From: Octopus sinensis
Lineage: Eukaryota
Direction: 5' to 3'
Assembly (NCBI RefSeq): GCF_006345805.1
Contig: NC_043003.1
Location: forward strand, 14,570,001-14,634,000
DNA: 64,000 nucleotides
A model generated the notes under the pieces. It did no database searches and was not told where the DNA came from. It worked only from the letters and a program-made list of their open reading frames with translations. This document shows, piece after piece, positions 47,263 to 59,697 of this stretch; position 1 is the first letter of the stretch, and every line of letters begins with the position of its first letter. A program made the translations under genes and the position numbers.

Positions 47263-47943
47263 TAATGTCTATTTTCCCTGCTGGCATACACACACACACA
47301 CATACATGTTCATACCAACACACAGCCATACATATTTATGTACATATACGGATAGCCCCCCCCCCCCCCGCCACCTGCTCATTATCGAAACTCTAGTCAT
47401 GGAATTCCATACTTACAGATGTTATAAAGTATGGCTACAAATTTTAGGATATGACCTGCAATCCTGCCTTTGTGCAAATGTAAATAAATTTCAATAATTT
47501 ACAAATGGAAAACTCACGGAATTCTTAGAAATAATGCTTGCTTTAAGATGTTCAACTATTCTTCTTTCTCTTTCCATTTCTCTGCATGTTTTGCTTGCTT
47601 AAAAACCTGTCAATTCAATTTCTTAGATTAAATTTTTCTCTTACATGTTATTTTTAATTTTCATCATTCTTAACATTCTTATCAGCGTCTATATGCCCCT
47701 ATTTCTCCCCTACACCTTATGTTTTCATTGATATCAACATTGCTGCTATCACCTACTCTCCCCCACTTTTGAATCTACCTTGTTTATGTGTGCGCCAATT
47801 CAACTAACCTTTCTTTTGCCATCGCTTTCAACTTTCTTGCCAATAACTACTTATTACTCCTCTGTCACCACATCTTTGTTTGTGCACCAATTCAACTGAC
47901 CAAGGTTTCACACAAATTTTATTCATAGAGTACTCGTCATTGT

Positions 47944-48246
47944 GTGGAGGCACAATGACCCAGTGGTTAGGGCAGCGGACTCGCAGTCAGAGGATCGCAG
48001 TTTAAATTTCCAGACCAGGCGTTGTGTGTTTTTGAGCGAAAACACCTAAAAGCTCCACGAGGCTCTGGCAGGGGGTAGTGGCGACCCCTGTTTTACTCTG
48101 TTGCCCCAACTTTCTCTCACTCTTTCTTCCTGTTACTTGAGTAACGCTGCGATGGACTGATGTCCCATCCAGCTGGGGGTAACACATATGCCACAGAAAC
48201 CAGGAAACCGGGTCCATGAGCCTGGCTAGGCTTGAAAAGGGTGCAT
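47944..48246 (+). mobile_element. SINE group B (head 1 + body X + tail M) with 7-bp TSD
   Basis: TCATTGT at 47937-47943 and 48263-48269; A-rich tail in between. Confidence 0.85.
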
Positions 48247-48577
48247 AGATAAAAAAACTTCCTCATTGTACAGCTCCCATTCTCTGTAATTCTTCCTCAA
48301 CTTCTTTTATCCGCATGTCTCCCTGCTTGCAACCAAAGCAATAAGACCACTACTTTTACCCCAAATACAAAGCAGCATAACTTTCCTCAGGTTTATTGTT
48401 TTAGTTACTTGGTGTGTACTTCTTGTCTGTTACTGCTGCTGTTACATTTAACTACAAACACACACAGTTTATGCATTATAAAGTTTCAAACTGACGAAAG
48501 AGAGACCAATAGTGAATCGCCATGATTATGTTCCCTTTCTATGCTTGCATAAATTGGATGGTTCTACAAGATCCGAC

Positions 48578-48939
48578 ATGTCCAAGGACCATGTCTTGTT
48601 CCAATGTCTTAATTTTGGTTTAGCATCTATGGCTGAATGCCCTTACTCGCATCAATCGTTTTATAGAATTTACAGAGCTTTTCATTTATGGCACCAGCAC
48701 TACAGAGGTTGTATTACCCTCAACAAGACTAAAATATTCTCTTAACCCTGTATTCTCAATGTCCAAGGACCATGTCTTGTTCCAATGTCTTAATTTTGGT
48801 TTAGCATCTATGGCTGAATACCCTTTCTCGCATCAATCATTTTATAGAATTTACAGAGCTTTTCATATATGGCACCAGCACTACAGAGGTTGTGTTACCC
48901 TCAGCAAGACTAAAATGTCCTCTTAACCCTGCATTCTCA
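48578..48939. repeat. 181-bp tandem duplication (2 copies)
   Basis: ATGTCCAAGGACCATGTCTTG... at 48578 and 48759. Confidence 0.9.
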
Positions 48940-49224
48940 CTGCTTAATTTGCCAAACAACTTACAGGTTTCGTTTTTGGATTTGGTTTGCAAGATTCTTT
49001 ATATGAGTTCGTGTGTTGAAGGATATTCTGTTGTGTCTGGGGAGAGTCATTTTCTTTTTGTGCCTTATTATTTAACACACTCACCGGTAAAATTTCCACT
49101 TATTTCTTATTTTTATTTTCAAAACTTGGTAACTTGCAAGACTGAAATGTTTCCATGACTGAAAGATTAGAGATTAAAGTGTGATGAAAGGAAGAAATTT
49201 ACTTTGGTAAGAGGGAAATAATGG

Positions 49225-49985
49225 GAACATGCACACATGCCCACATGTGCACACATACAAATACACACTCTCTCTCTCTCTTACACACATACATGCATGC
49301 ATGTGCACACACACACGTTCTCTCTCTCCCTCTCCCTCTCACACACACACATTCTCTCTCTCTCTCTCTCACACACACATATGCACACATGCACACACAC
49401 ACACTCTCTGTCTCTCACACGTACACATGCATACACACATGTACACTCTCTCACACACACACATGCACACACACTCTCTCTCTCACACACACATGTACAC
49501 ATGCATACACACATGCACACACACTCTCTCACACACACACATGCACACACACTCTCTCTCTCACACACACATGTACACATGCATACACACATGCACACAC
49601 ACTCTCTCTCACACACACACACGTGCACGCATGCACACACACTCACACACCCACACTCTCACACACATGCATACACACACACACTCACTCTGTCTCTCAC
49701 ACATGCATGCATGCACACACACACTCTCTCTCTTACACACACATGCATGCATGCACACATGCACACACACTCTCACACACATGCATACACACGCAACACC
49801 CTCTCTTACACATGCATGCACATACACACTCACACACACACACTTTTCTCTCTCTTACACACATATGCATGCATGCACACATACACATGCACACACACAT
49901 ACACACACACTTTCCCACACATGCATACACACACACACTCACTCTCTCTCTCGCACACACGCACACTCTCTCTCTCCCCTCCCCC
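49225..49985. repeat. (CA)/(CT)/(CATG) compound microsatellite
   Basis: Direct reading; source of the H/T-rich ORFs. Confidence 0.95.
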
Positions 49986-50846
49986 ACATACTTAAATTTT
50001 TAAATGCTAATTGTGAGCCTAAGTATCTTTAATTCAAACTCTATGCGTTGAATTTGCCTCGCGCTTTTCCAGAGCACACAGGGTGCATATTTTCATAAAC
50101 ACCAGCATAATAGAGATTGTTTTCCCCTTATTAAGACCAAAGAATTCTCCTAGCTCTCATTGTCACTGATTAATTCAGCAGCCACTTTACAGAATGCACT
50201 GGGTGCTCTCTTCATTGCACCAACACCAGTAGGGTTGCCTTATTGCTTGCAAGGCTAAACAAAAAGCCCCCCCATGACTCACTTCTTTAATCAACTGCCA
50301 CGTTTGAGCATGTGTACATGTGTGTGTGTATGTGTGTGCTTGTGTGCATGCATGTTTCCGTTATTTCTCTCTCGTTACAAAACGAAACAGATCAATTTGG
50401 GATCTTTCAGAAATCAATATTTTTCATTCTAGTCTGATGTACGCAGCAATTCTCAGTCCTGCAGTCAAACATCATCAATGAATTAATTATACAGAATTTC
50501 TGCCACTTGCAGTGATGGCCTGGACCATCTCACATTACATGTATTCTATCTAATGGACTGAACCAATGATAATTAAGATTGCTTTGCTTTATAATCCATA
50601 ATAACTTTCATTGGTTTGAGGTGTGGTGCAAGAGTTAAAACAATGGAAAATTTGCTTTCTGTTTTCTCTTTCACCTTCAGCCTAAGCCTCTTCTCAAATG
50701 ATATCATCAGGTAGGAGCAAGCATGGCTGCATGGTAAGATGTTTGCTTCCTGAGCAAATGGTTTAGGGTTCAGTTCTATTGTGGATTACCTTGGGCAGGT
50801 AAGTGTCTTCTTCTGTGGCTGTATGGAAAGTGAAAGAAGCCAGTCC

Positions 50847-50982
<136 letters not shown>

Positions 50983-51352
50983 CCCTCTCTCTCTTTCGGA
51001 GAGGCACTGAGCAGCTATACGCACACATACACACACGGCAGTAACTCTCGCCTACCGAATTCAATCACAAAGCTCCGGTCGGCTCGGGGGGGGGGGGTAT
51101 AGCAGAAGACACCTACCCAAAGTGCCACGCAGTGGGACTGAACCCGAAACCATGTAGCTAGGAAGCAAGCTCCCTAACCACACAGCCATGCCTATATATA
51201 TATATATGTATGTATTCTGTTGTGTCTGGGGAGAGTCATTTTCTTTTTGTGCCTTATAATTTAACACACTCACCGGTAAAATTTCCACTTATCTCTTATT
51301 TTTATTTTCCTAAACTTTTCGTTGCATCTTGCAACCTTTTCAATGGTCAAGA

Positions 51353-51389
51353 TTATTGAAAAGGTTGCAAGACGTAACGAAAATTTTAG
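51353..51389 (+). ncRNA. Minimal hammerhead-like motif with U3-A8 covariation (mirror copy on minus strand 51306-51345)
   Basis: UUA-UUGAAAA-G-GUUGC AAGAC GUAAC-GAAA-AUU U-UAG: stem II GUUGC/G(C/U)AAC directly before GAAA, palindromic AAUU stem III, 3-bp stem I. Confidence 0.45.
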
Positions 51390-51414
51390 GAAAATAAAAA
51401 AGAAATAAGTGGAA

Positions 51415-51830
51415 ATCCCACATGGTTCAGGCTTTAGTCCCACTGTGTGGCACCTTGGGAAAATGTCTTCTACTATAGCCTCAGGCTGACCAAATACAGT
51501 CTATTTGTATTGAATTAATAAATAATAATTGATGTAAGTCAATTGTTGCTCATCAGTAATTCTCCATTTTCTGTTTTCTTTAAATTTATAGATGTGTGTG
51601 TGTTTGTGTGTGTGTGTTTGTCCCCCACCATCGCTTGACAGCCAGTGTTGGTGTGTTTATGTCCCTGTAATTTAGTATTTCGGCAAAAATAGACTGATAG
51701 AATAAGTACCAGGTTTTAGAAAAAAAAAAAGATCCTTGGATTGATTTGTTTGTCTGAAACTCTTCAAGGTGGTGCTCCAGCATGGCTGCAGTCATATAAC
51801 TGAAACAAATAAAAGATAAAAGATAAAAGA
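51415..51830 (+). mobile_element. SINE group A pieces (5' part 51415-51495, 3' part 51595-51830); minus-strand head at 51030-51192
   Basis: Consensus matches. Confidence 0.75.
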
Positions 51831-52426
51831 TTACTTGGGAATAGGTGAAGTTTGGTGACAGGAAGGGCATCCAGTCAGTCATAGAAAAGCCACCTTGACT
51901 AATTCTTGACCCATACAAGCATGGAAAAGTGGACGTTAAAACGATGGTGGTTTTCAGTTTTAAACCCTCAATGATTCTTTATTTCTTTTTTTCCTTTAAA
52001 CCACCTGCTCAGTCTGTCTGTCTGTCTGTCTATTCTCTCATGTTGCTTAATTTATTTACTACATCATATAATCTACAATTTCATCATCAGCCGAGTGGAG
52101 AGATGTTCCAGACTGTCTTTGACTATTGCTTGCAGCAAAACAATCTGTTATGTCATTTGTCTGACCTTTTGATAATTCCACATCTCAAAACTCCAGCTCG
52201 AATACGATATTATCTCAAGATCTATTTACACTGTTTTGGATACAGGCGCAGGTATGGCTGAGCGGTTAAGAAGCTTGCTTTGCGACTATGTTGTTTCAGG
52301 TTCAATCCCACAGTGTGGTACCCACCTTGGTCAAGTGTCTTTTACCAAAGCCCCACAGTTCTACCATTGCCTTGTGAGAGGATTTGGTTGATGGAAACTG
52401 TGTGGAGGCCCATCATATATATATAT

Positions 52427-52839
52427 ACTCTTTTACTCTTTTACTTGTTTCAGTCATTTGACTGCGGCCATGCTGGAGCACCGCCTTTAATTGAGCAACT
52501 CGACCCCGGGACTTATTCTTTTGTAAGCCCAGTACTTATTCTATTGGTCTCTTTTGCCGAACCGCTAAGTGACGGGGACGTAAACACACCAGCATCGGTT
52601 GTCAAGCAATGCTAGGGGGACAAACACAGACACACAAACATATGCACACACACTTATATATATATATACATATATACGACGGGCTTCTTTCAGTTTCCGT
52701 CTACCAAATCCACTCACAAGGCATTGGTCGGCCCAGGGCTATAGCAGAAGACACTTTCCCAAGATGCCACGCAGTGGGACTGAACCTGGAACCATGTGGT
52801 TGGTAAGCAAGCTACTTACCACACAGCCACTCCTGCGCC
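52427..52839 (-). mobile_element. SINE group A, full length, young subfamily, facing a diverged plus-strand head (52245-52410)
   Basis: Near-identical to the reverse complement of 7946-8341. Confidence 0.9.
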
Positions 52840-52932
52840 TGTATATATATATAAAATATTAGAAAAACCCACCTTTAATCAATTCAAAATGAATAATTAA
52901 ATTACACCATCTAGAAAATTACATATAATATA

Positions 52933-53372
52933 ATACCCTGGTCAAGTGTCTTTCATGTATGTATATATATATAAGAATTGTTGAAGCTTATTTACTGAAC
53001 CCTCATTCATCGTCTTCGGTGAGAGAATCCACCATATATACATGAAAGACACTTGACCAGGGTATCTAAATAACCTCTTTAGTGATTTTGCTTCATAAAA
53101 ATGAGTTCTGGAAAAGAGTAAAAAAATAGGAATCAAGGGGGTCCTTTAGGATTAAAAAATGGTTGACAATCACTAACCTAAACCCATGGATGCAGTGTCT
53201 CAGCATGGCTGCACTCCAATGACTGAAACCAGCAAGAGATAAATGGATAATGACAACTTCATAGTGAAATAAGGCAAATGTCTAAAATAGGACAAAAAAA
53301 ATAGGACACACAAATCTCTCTTTTCCAGAACTCATTTTTATGAAGCAAAATCACTAAAGAGGATATTTAGAT
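52933..53372. repeat. Two adjoining inverted-repeat pairs
   Basis: 52933-52962 versus 53035-53064 (about 30 bp); 53064-53118 versus 53318-53372 (55 bp, 1 mismatch). Confidence 0.9.
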
Positions 53373-53464
53373 CTGCTGAGTCTAAAGAAAACATTGTCAA
53401 TAAATTCAAAATATATGGTATTCCTGCAATTTTCTCAGCTGAATTGTAGAAACCCACATCATAT

Positions 53465-53733
53465 ATCATGTGATCATGTGACTGACCAGACTATCAGATA
53501 TTGTTACATATCGCTGGTCACAATGCGCTTTGCATTGTTTTAGCCTTTGAATGAAGCCACCCTTTTGGCTAAGTGAACAAGCCAATATTCCCCCTGATCG
53601 AAGGAGGAACTGGAGCCACATGAAATGAAGTGTTTTGCTCAAGAACATAACATGCCCCCTGGTCTGCGAATTGAACCTATAATCTAGCAATCATGAGTGT
53701 AACCCCCCTAACCACAAAGCCAGATGCCTTCAC
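53465..53733 (-). mobile_element. SINE group B (head 2 + body Y + tail Q)
   Basis: Reverse complement GTGAAGGCATCTGGCTTTGTGGTTAGG...GTTCTTGAGCAAAACACTTCATTTCATGTGGCTCCAG, then a tail unlike 5485 or 37162. Confidence 0.7.
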
Positions 53734-54010
53734 CACATTACATATGTATGCTGCTAAATAGGCTGAGCATCTCTCTGGTGACCAGGTGTCTGCAACTGAA
53801 GACTGAGTCAGTTTGCAATCCTATTGTCTGGTAGAGGATGGTAGGGGTTCACTGTCCTGCTGTCAATATACATGTACATATTACTCTGCCTCTGGTAGTC
53901 GAGTACTATTTTTTCCACCTCGTTTCACATTTATGTGCTTACTCTGGTGTAGATGGACAGATAGACAGATAGATAGATAAAAATATAGACAGACAGACAT
54001 ATGGACGGAC

Positions 54011-54065
<55 letters not shown>

Positions 54066-54281
54066 GGGACGGATAGATAGACCGACAGACAGAGAGATAG
54101 GGAGATAGATAGATAGATAGATGGATAGATAGATAGATAGACAAATAGATCTGCCTAGGGTTAAACTAGTAGTACTATGGAACAGCCACTTTGATGTGGC
54201 GACTGACTTTCCTTGTTAGTATAGTTACATAGTTACTACTCCTCATCTCTTCCTGGAGATTTTACAGCTAGCTACTTTGCT

Positions 54282-54350
<69 letters not shown>

Positions 54351-54420
54351 TCATGGATATATATATGTGTATGTATGTATTTTTATATATATATATGCAT
54401 ACATACACATATATACATGC

Positions 54421-54600
54421 ATATTCGATTCGATTTCGCTTGCCCCAACATGTCCTCACAAGCAAAGGGGGTTGGCATGGGTGCCTGTCGTACGGTCACA
54501 TTGGAGTATTTTACGTGCCACGGCCACGAGTCGGATAGTGCTTTTTACGTACCACCAGACCAGGGATCCTGGCTGGTTCAATTCGATTTCGATTTCGCGA
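54421..54600 (-). mobile_element. RTE 3' UTR internal fragment between duplicated flanks
   Basis: CCAGACCAGGGATCCTGGCTGGTTCAATTCGATTTCG is shared with 57790-57840. Confidence 0.65.
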
Positions 54601-54662
54601 AATATATATATATATATACACACATATATATATATTCATGGATATATATATGTGTATGTATG

Positions 54663-54694
<32 letters not shown>

Positions 54695-55588
54695 ATAATA
54701 AATATATACATGCATGCACACACATATATATATATATATATATAAAAATACATACATACACATATGAAGACACCTGCATATATCATGTGCTTCTGTGTCT
54801 GTATGCTTGTATGTGTACACATGTGTGTGTGTTTGTACATGTGTGTGTGTGTGTGTGTTTGTACATGTGTGTGTGTGTGCATGCACGTGTGTGCGTGCGT
54901 GCGTGTGTCTGTGTGTGTTTGTGTGTGCAAGTTCATGTTTGTAAGTAAGTGATATTCAGCGAGCGTTCACTCCTGCTGCACTTACTTCCATCGCTGATAA
55001 CACTGGAAATAATGAATCTCAGCATTTCTAGATTTAATTATGCAGTCAAAATTTCTTGATGATTAAATTATTAATTAATCTAATTTCCTAGCACCACTAA
55101 ATCATTTTTAACCATCATCTCTATTTAATAAGCTAGTTACTACATTACCAGCAATAAACAGCAAAGTGTATGTTTCCCCTGATGAAGGCTAATAATGCTG
55201 AAACTTTTGAAGTTAACTCCCTTGCTTGCTTGCTCAAAGAATAATATTAGCTAAGCAATAATAGTTTTTTAATCACCATAGTTAACCTTACTTTAGTTAA
55301 TTCTGATGCTGGAAACATTGGGAAGATTGAAACATAATTTTTATTGCTTAATTATGCAGTGAACACTCTTTTATAATTAGAGTACTAATTAATCTCAATT
55401 CCTGGTTCATCTCAATGGATTTTTATAAACATTTTGAACCAGGCATGGCTGTATAGGTCAGTCCTAGTTCGTGGCACTTTGAGCAAATGTCTTCTAATAT
55501 AACGCTGGGTTAACTGAAGCTCTGTGGAATTGATAGATGGAAACTGAAAAAAGCTTGTCACACATATATAGTTATATATAAAAAGTGA

Positions 55589-55956
55589 AAGAAAATGGCC
55601 ACTGGGAAGTTAATAATTGTTTATTGTTAACAGTAAATTATCATTATACCTTACAGCTGTTTCAATTAATACTCAGTTTATATGAAGCAAATATGAAATT
55701 TATATCACCTGCATAATATTTTCAGAGGGAAAAAATATACCCTTGGATGTTTTATAAGTGTTTATGAATTTATTATAGTAGACTGAATGATCATCCAAAT
55801 GTATATTTTTTTTCCACTCTGAAGATATTATGCACAGGTCATATAAATTTAATATTTACTTAAATTTACTGAGTATTACTTGAAACAGCTGTAAGGGATA
55901 ATTATTAATTTGTTGTTTATAATAAACAATTATTAACTTCCAATCTCCATTTTCTT
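55589..55956. repeat. Diverged fold-back (about 150-bp arms)
   Basis: GAAGTTAATAATTGTTTATT...TTACAGCTGTTTCAA...GAAAAAATATAC versus GTATATTTTTTTC...TTGAAACAGCTGTAA...AATAAACAATTATTAACTTC. Confidence 0.8.
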
Positions 55957-56111
55957 TTTTATCTTTTATATGAATATAAACTATATGTTTTTATACATAT
56001 ACCTGGTATTTTAAGGAAATTAATTCCTCCAAAGTACTAGGGATTGGACCAGTGTTTCTTTCGATGGAACCATCCCTTCATGAGGTTAACACAACCTCTG
56101 ATCGAATTCTA

Positions 56112-57453
56112 TCCACATACATATATATATTTTATTGACTGCACATGGTCAATGTATGTGTTTTGTTTGTTTGCTGGTTTGGTATGGTATAGCCCTTGTC
56201 TATAACTGACCACGGCTTTCAACCGATTCTGATGAAACTTGACACACACATAGCCCAATATCATAATTCAAAACTAACGCAGCGAAAATTTTGAAAAGTT
56301 CCCCCAGTTCTGAAAAAAATCGATAAATTCGACATGGGGTCGAGAATCTAAGCTTATCATATGCAACACATTTTTCGTTGTAGTTTTTGCAACTTGCAAT
56401 CGATTTTCACCAAACTCATGGTGAAGCTTAATGTTACCCCAAGGAACTTAATTCTGACATTAGTTTTCCATGCAATACCTTACCATCAGAAAAAATCGAT
56501 AAAATCATGCCATTTTGGGAAATCGTGTTCAAATTCAAGATGACATATTTTCGACAATATCTTTAACAAACTGGCAAGAATTTTTTTTTGAAATTCACAG
56601 CAAGCATTATGTCTGTTCCAAGGAGCTATATGGCCCTTTTGATTCCAATAGGATACGTTATTACCGGAAAAAATCGGTTAATTACATCATATGTGGCACA
56701 CATAGCAAACCGATTTTTCTGTGATAATTTTTGAAAGTTCACATAGATTTTCCTTACACCGATGTTGGACATCAAGTTTGCATTAAATGTCAAACTATTT
56801 GTCAATGCAGTTAACAAGTATTGGGAGAAATCGACAAAACCATATCACTTTGAGACCGACCATGCGAACCCTACAAAACTGACTTTTGTTAAATAGTTCG
56901 CGGATTTCAGGTGATTTAGTTGATTTTTGCCGCTTCAGCTAGGAACGTCGTATACACAGAAGTATTGGAATGAAGAGAAGATGTTGCAACCTACACATGC
57001 GCCTTCGTTCCCTCGAGGGAAAGGACTAGATCGTGATTAGTCATTGCCTACTAGAGGCTCCCAAGCCCCCTTTCGCTAGACTTAAGTTAGGATTAGGTAG
57101 GGCTTAGCTGTGGTCTGAACCCAACTTGGGTTCAGGGGGGCGGTGTCAAAAGGGCCGGTATGTGCAACCTTATCACCTCTGCCTGTCAAACTCCCAACCC
57201 ATGCGTTCCCGTCGTGACACTGATCCCGCAGAACTGGGCTAGGTGCGCTAAACAAAACCAGAAAATTCACTTTGACTGTCATAGATTTTCTTCATGGATG
57301 CAAGGGAACGGTGCCTTGAATGCCTTAATGCCTTTTAGGCTTCATTTTACAAAATAACGGTTCAATGAGTACAAAAAAGGGTAAAAAGGTAAAGGGCATT
57401 GCTTATCGACAAAGTTTCTTACATACCCGGGCAACGCCGGGCTATGCTGCTAG
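56112..57453 (+). mobile_element. Non-autonomous Helitron (~1.3 kb)
   Basis: 3' end CCCGG-GCAACG-CCGGG hairpin (57426-57441) then CTAG (57450-57453)|T. Probable 5' A|TC at 56111-56113, followed by (TA)/(GTTT) microsatellite and CAACCGATTCTGATGAAACTTG typical of such elements. The 5' boundary is less certain. Confidence 0.75.
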
Positions 57454-57470
57454 TATATACATACATACAT

Positions 57471-57842
57471 ATCATCATCATCATCATCATCGTTTAACGT
57501 CCGTTCTCCATGCTAGCATGGGTTGGACGGTTCGACCGGGGTTCTGAGAAGCCAGAAGGCTGCACCAGGCACCAGTCTAATCTGGCAATGTTTCTACAGC
57601 TGGATGCCCTTCCTAACGCCAACCACTCCGTGAGTGTAGTGGGTGCTTTTTACGTGCCACCTGCACAGGTGCCAGGCGAGGCTGGCAACGGCCACGGTCA
57701 GATTGGTGTATTTTATGTGCCACCGGCACGGAAGCCAGTCGAGGCGGTGCTGGCATCGGCCACGAGTCGGATAGTGCTTTTTACGTACCACCAGACCAGG
57801 GATCCTGGCTGGTTCAATTCGATTTCGATTTCGATTTCGATA
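57471..57842 (-). mobile_element. RTE LINE 3' end
   Basis: (CAT)n, terminal segment, three repeat units, ends in (ATTTCG)n then (TA)n. Confidence 0.85.
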
Positions 57843-58045
57843 TATGTATGTATATATATATACATAGATATATATACATATACATACATATATACACATA
57901 TATATGCATACATATATGTATGTGTGTGTGTATGTATGTATATATTATATATATATATATATATTATATATATATATTACATACATACATATGTATGCAT
58001 TTACATACATGATATACATATACACACATAGATACACACATTATC

Positions 58046-58084
<39 letters not shown>

Positions 58085-58295
58085 AGGCGCATAAATGCAA
58101 AACAAGGTGGAAAAAGTAGTACTCGAATACCAGAGGTAGAGTAATATGCTTCATAAAACAGCAACAAAAATATCACAAAAGTGATAAACAAATGAATGGG
58201 AAGACAAATGGGAAGATGAATGGGAAGACAAAACTCTGAGTAACAGTTCTTGTGATATTTTTGCTGCTTTTAACAAAGCATATCTGTTTAACTAT

Positions 58296-58299
<4 letters not shown>

Positions 58300-58378
<79 letters not shown>

Positions 58379-58700
58379 TATGAATACATACATACACACA
58401 CATAAACATGCATATACATACATATACATAGATGCATACATACATGCATGCATAAATACACACATGCATACATACATACAGACATACATATATACATACA
58501 GACATGCACACATACATATATACATACATATATACATGCATATAGACATGCATACATACATGCATACATGCATACATAAATATATACATACATAAATACA
58601 TGTATACATACATACATGCATACATGCATACATAAATATATACATACATAAATACATACATACATACATACATAAATACATATATACGTACATACATACA
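58300..58700. repeat. (CT)/(TA)/(CATA) compound microsatellite
   Basis: Direct reading. Confidence 0.95.
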
Positions 58701-58800
58701 TATATAAGTAGTAAGAATATATTGGCCCAAGGTTCCATGCTGTGGAACCGAACCCAGGACCATCTGGGTGGAGAACCCCTTACCACACAGGCATGCCTGC

Positions 58801-58842
<42 letters not shown>

Positions 58843-59365
58843 CAACAGAAAGCTATACACACACATTTGCATATATATATATATATGCACATGTATATAA
58901 AAAACATAAAACATACATATATAACCAATACACATGTACACAAACACAAACCTACACACACATAAGCACACACACACACACACATCAATATGTTGACAGT
59001 TTCGTTATCCTAATGACAGAAACAAATTATCTTCTAAATTTGTGTCCCCAAGTATCATGAAAAAGTTGGCCACTGATTGCACAGAATGGTTGTAGATGAT
59101 TGGTTTCAGTGGTAATTGGTAAATGTTGGTAAATGAGGAAAACAGTAAGATAATCAAGATAAAAAACTGAAAATACAAAACAAAAAAAGCTATATGTGGA
59201 TGTATATATATATGTATGTATATATATAGTGTGTATATATATATATAATATATATAATATATATATATATATATGTATACACATACACATACATATGTAG
59301 TGGGTGGTGGGTGTATTATATATGTATGTCTGTATGTATGTATGTATGTATGTATGTATGTATGT

Positions 59366-59413
<48 letters not shown>

Positions 59414-59460
59414 GCTATCTGTATATAAGAATGTGTGTTTGTGTATGGTGTGTGTATGTA

Positions 59461-59492
<32 letters not shown>

Positions 59493-59697
59493 CATCTTCC
59501 TGTCTGTCTGTCTGTCTGTCTGTTGATTTATATATATATGTTTGCACACCACACACACATATATATACACACGTATATGCATACACACACACATATATAT
59601 GTATATATATAGATATGATATATATATATATATACGTGTATATACATATACACATATTATATATATACATACACATATATATATATACATATATATA

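Noticed and set aside
47640-48400. Minus-strand purine-rich stretch with a decayed-ORF look, split by the SINE at 47944
   Set aside because: Fragments such as MRIKEVEEELQRMGAVQ match nothing I can name; too degraded to call.
49221-50032. His/Thr-rich ORFs in all three plus frames (possible metal-binding protein)
   Set aside because: Open in all frames because it is a CA/CT microsatellite.
50040-50720. Unique region with AP-1-like (TGACTCA) and Fox-like (TAAACAAA) motifs
   Set aside because: Short motifs are expected by chance; no conservation or chromatin data available.
57183-57195. CTGTCAAACTCCC resembles the reverse complement of a conserved LSU rRNA stretch
   Set aside because: Match is about 11-13 nt and the flanks do not follow rRNA; chance similarity inside the Helitron.
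57510-58031. Recurrent ORFs such as MLAWVGRFDRG...LDALPNANHS and MPKVP.SGTEP.TMW
   Set aside because: Antisense or sense translations of the RTE 3' UTR and SINE A; they recur because the repeats recur, not because they are a gene family.
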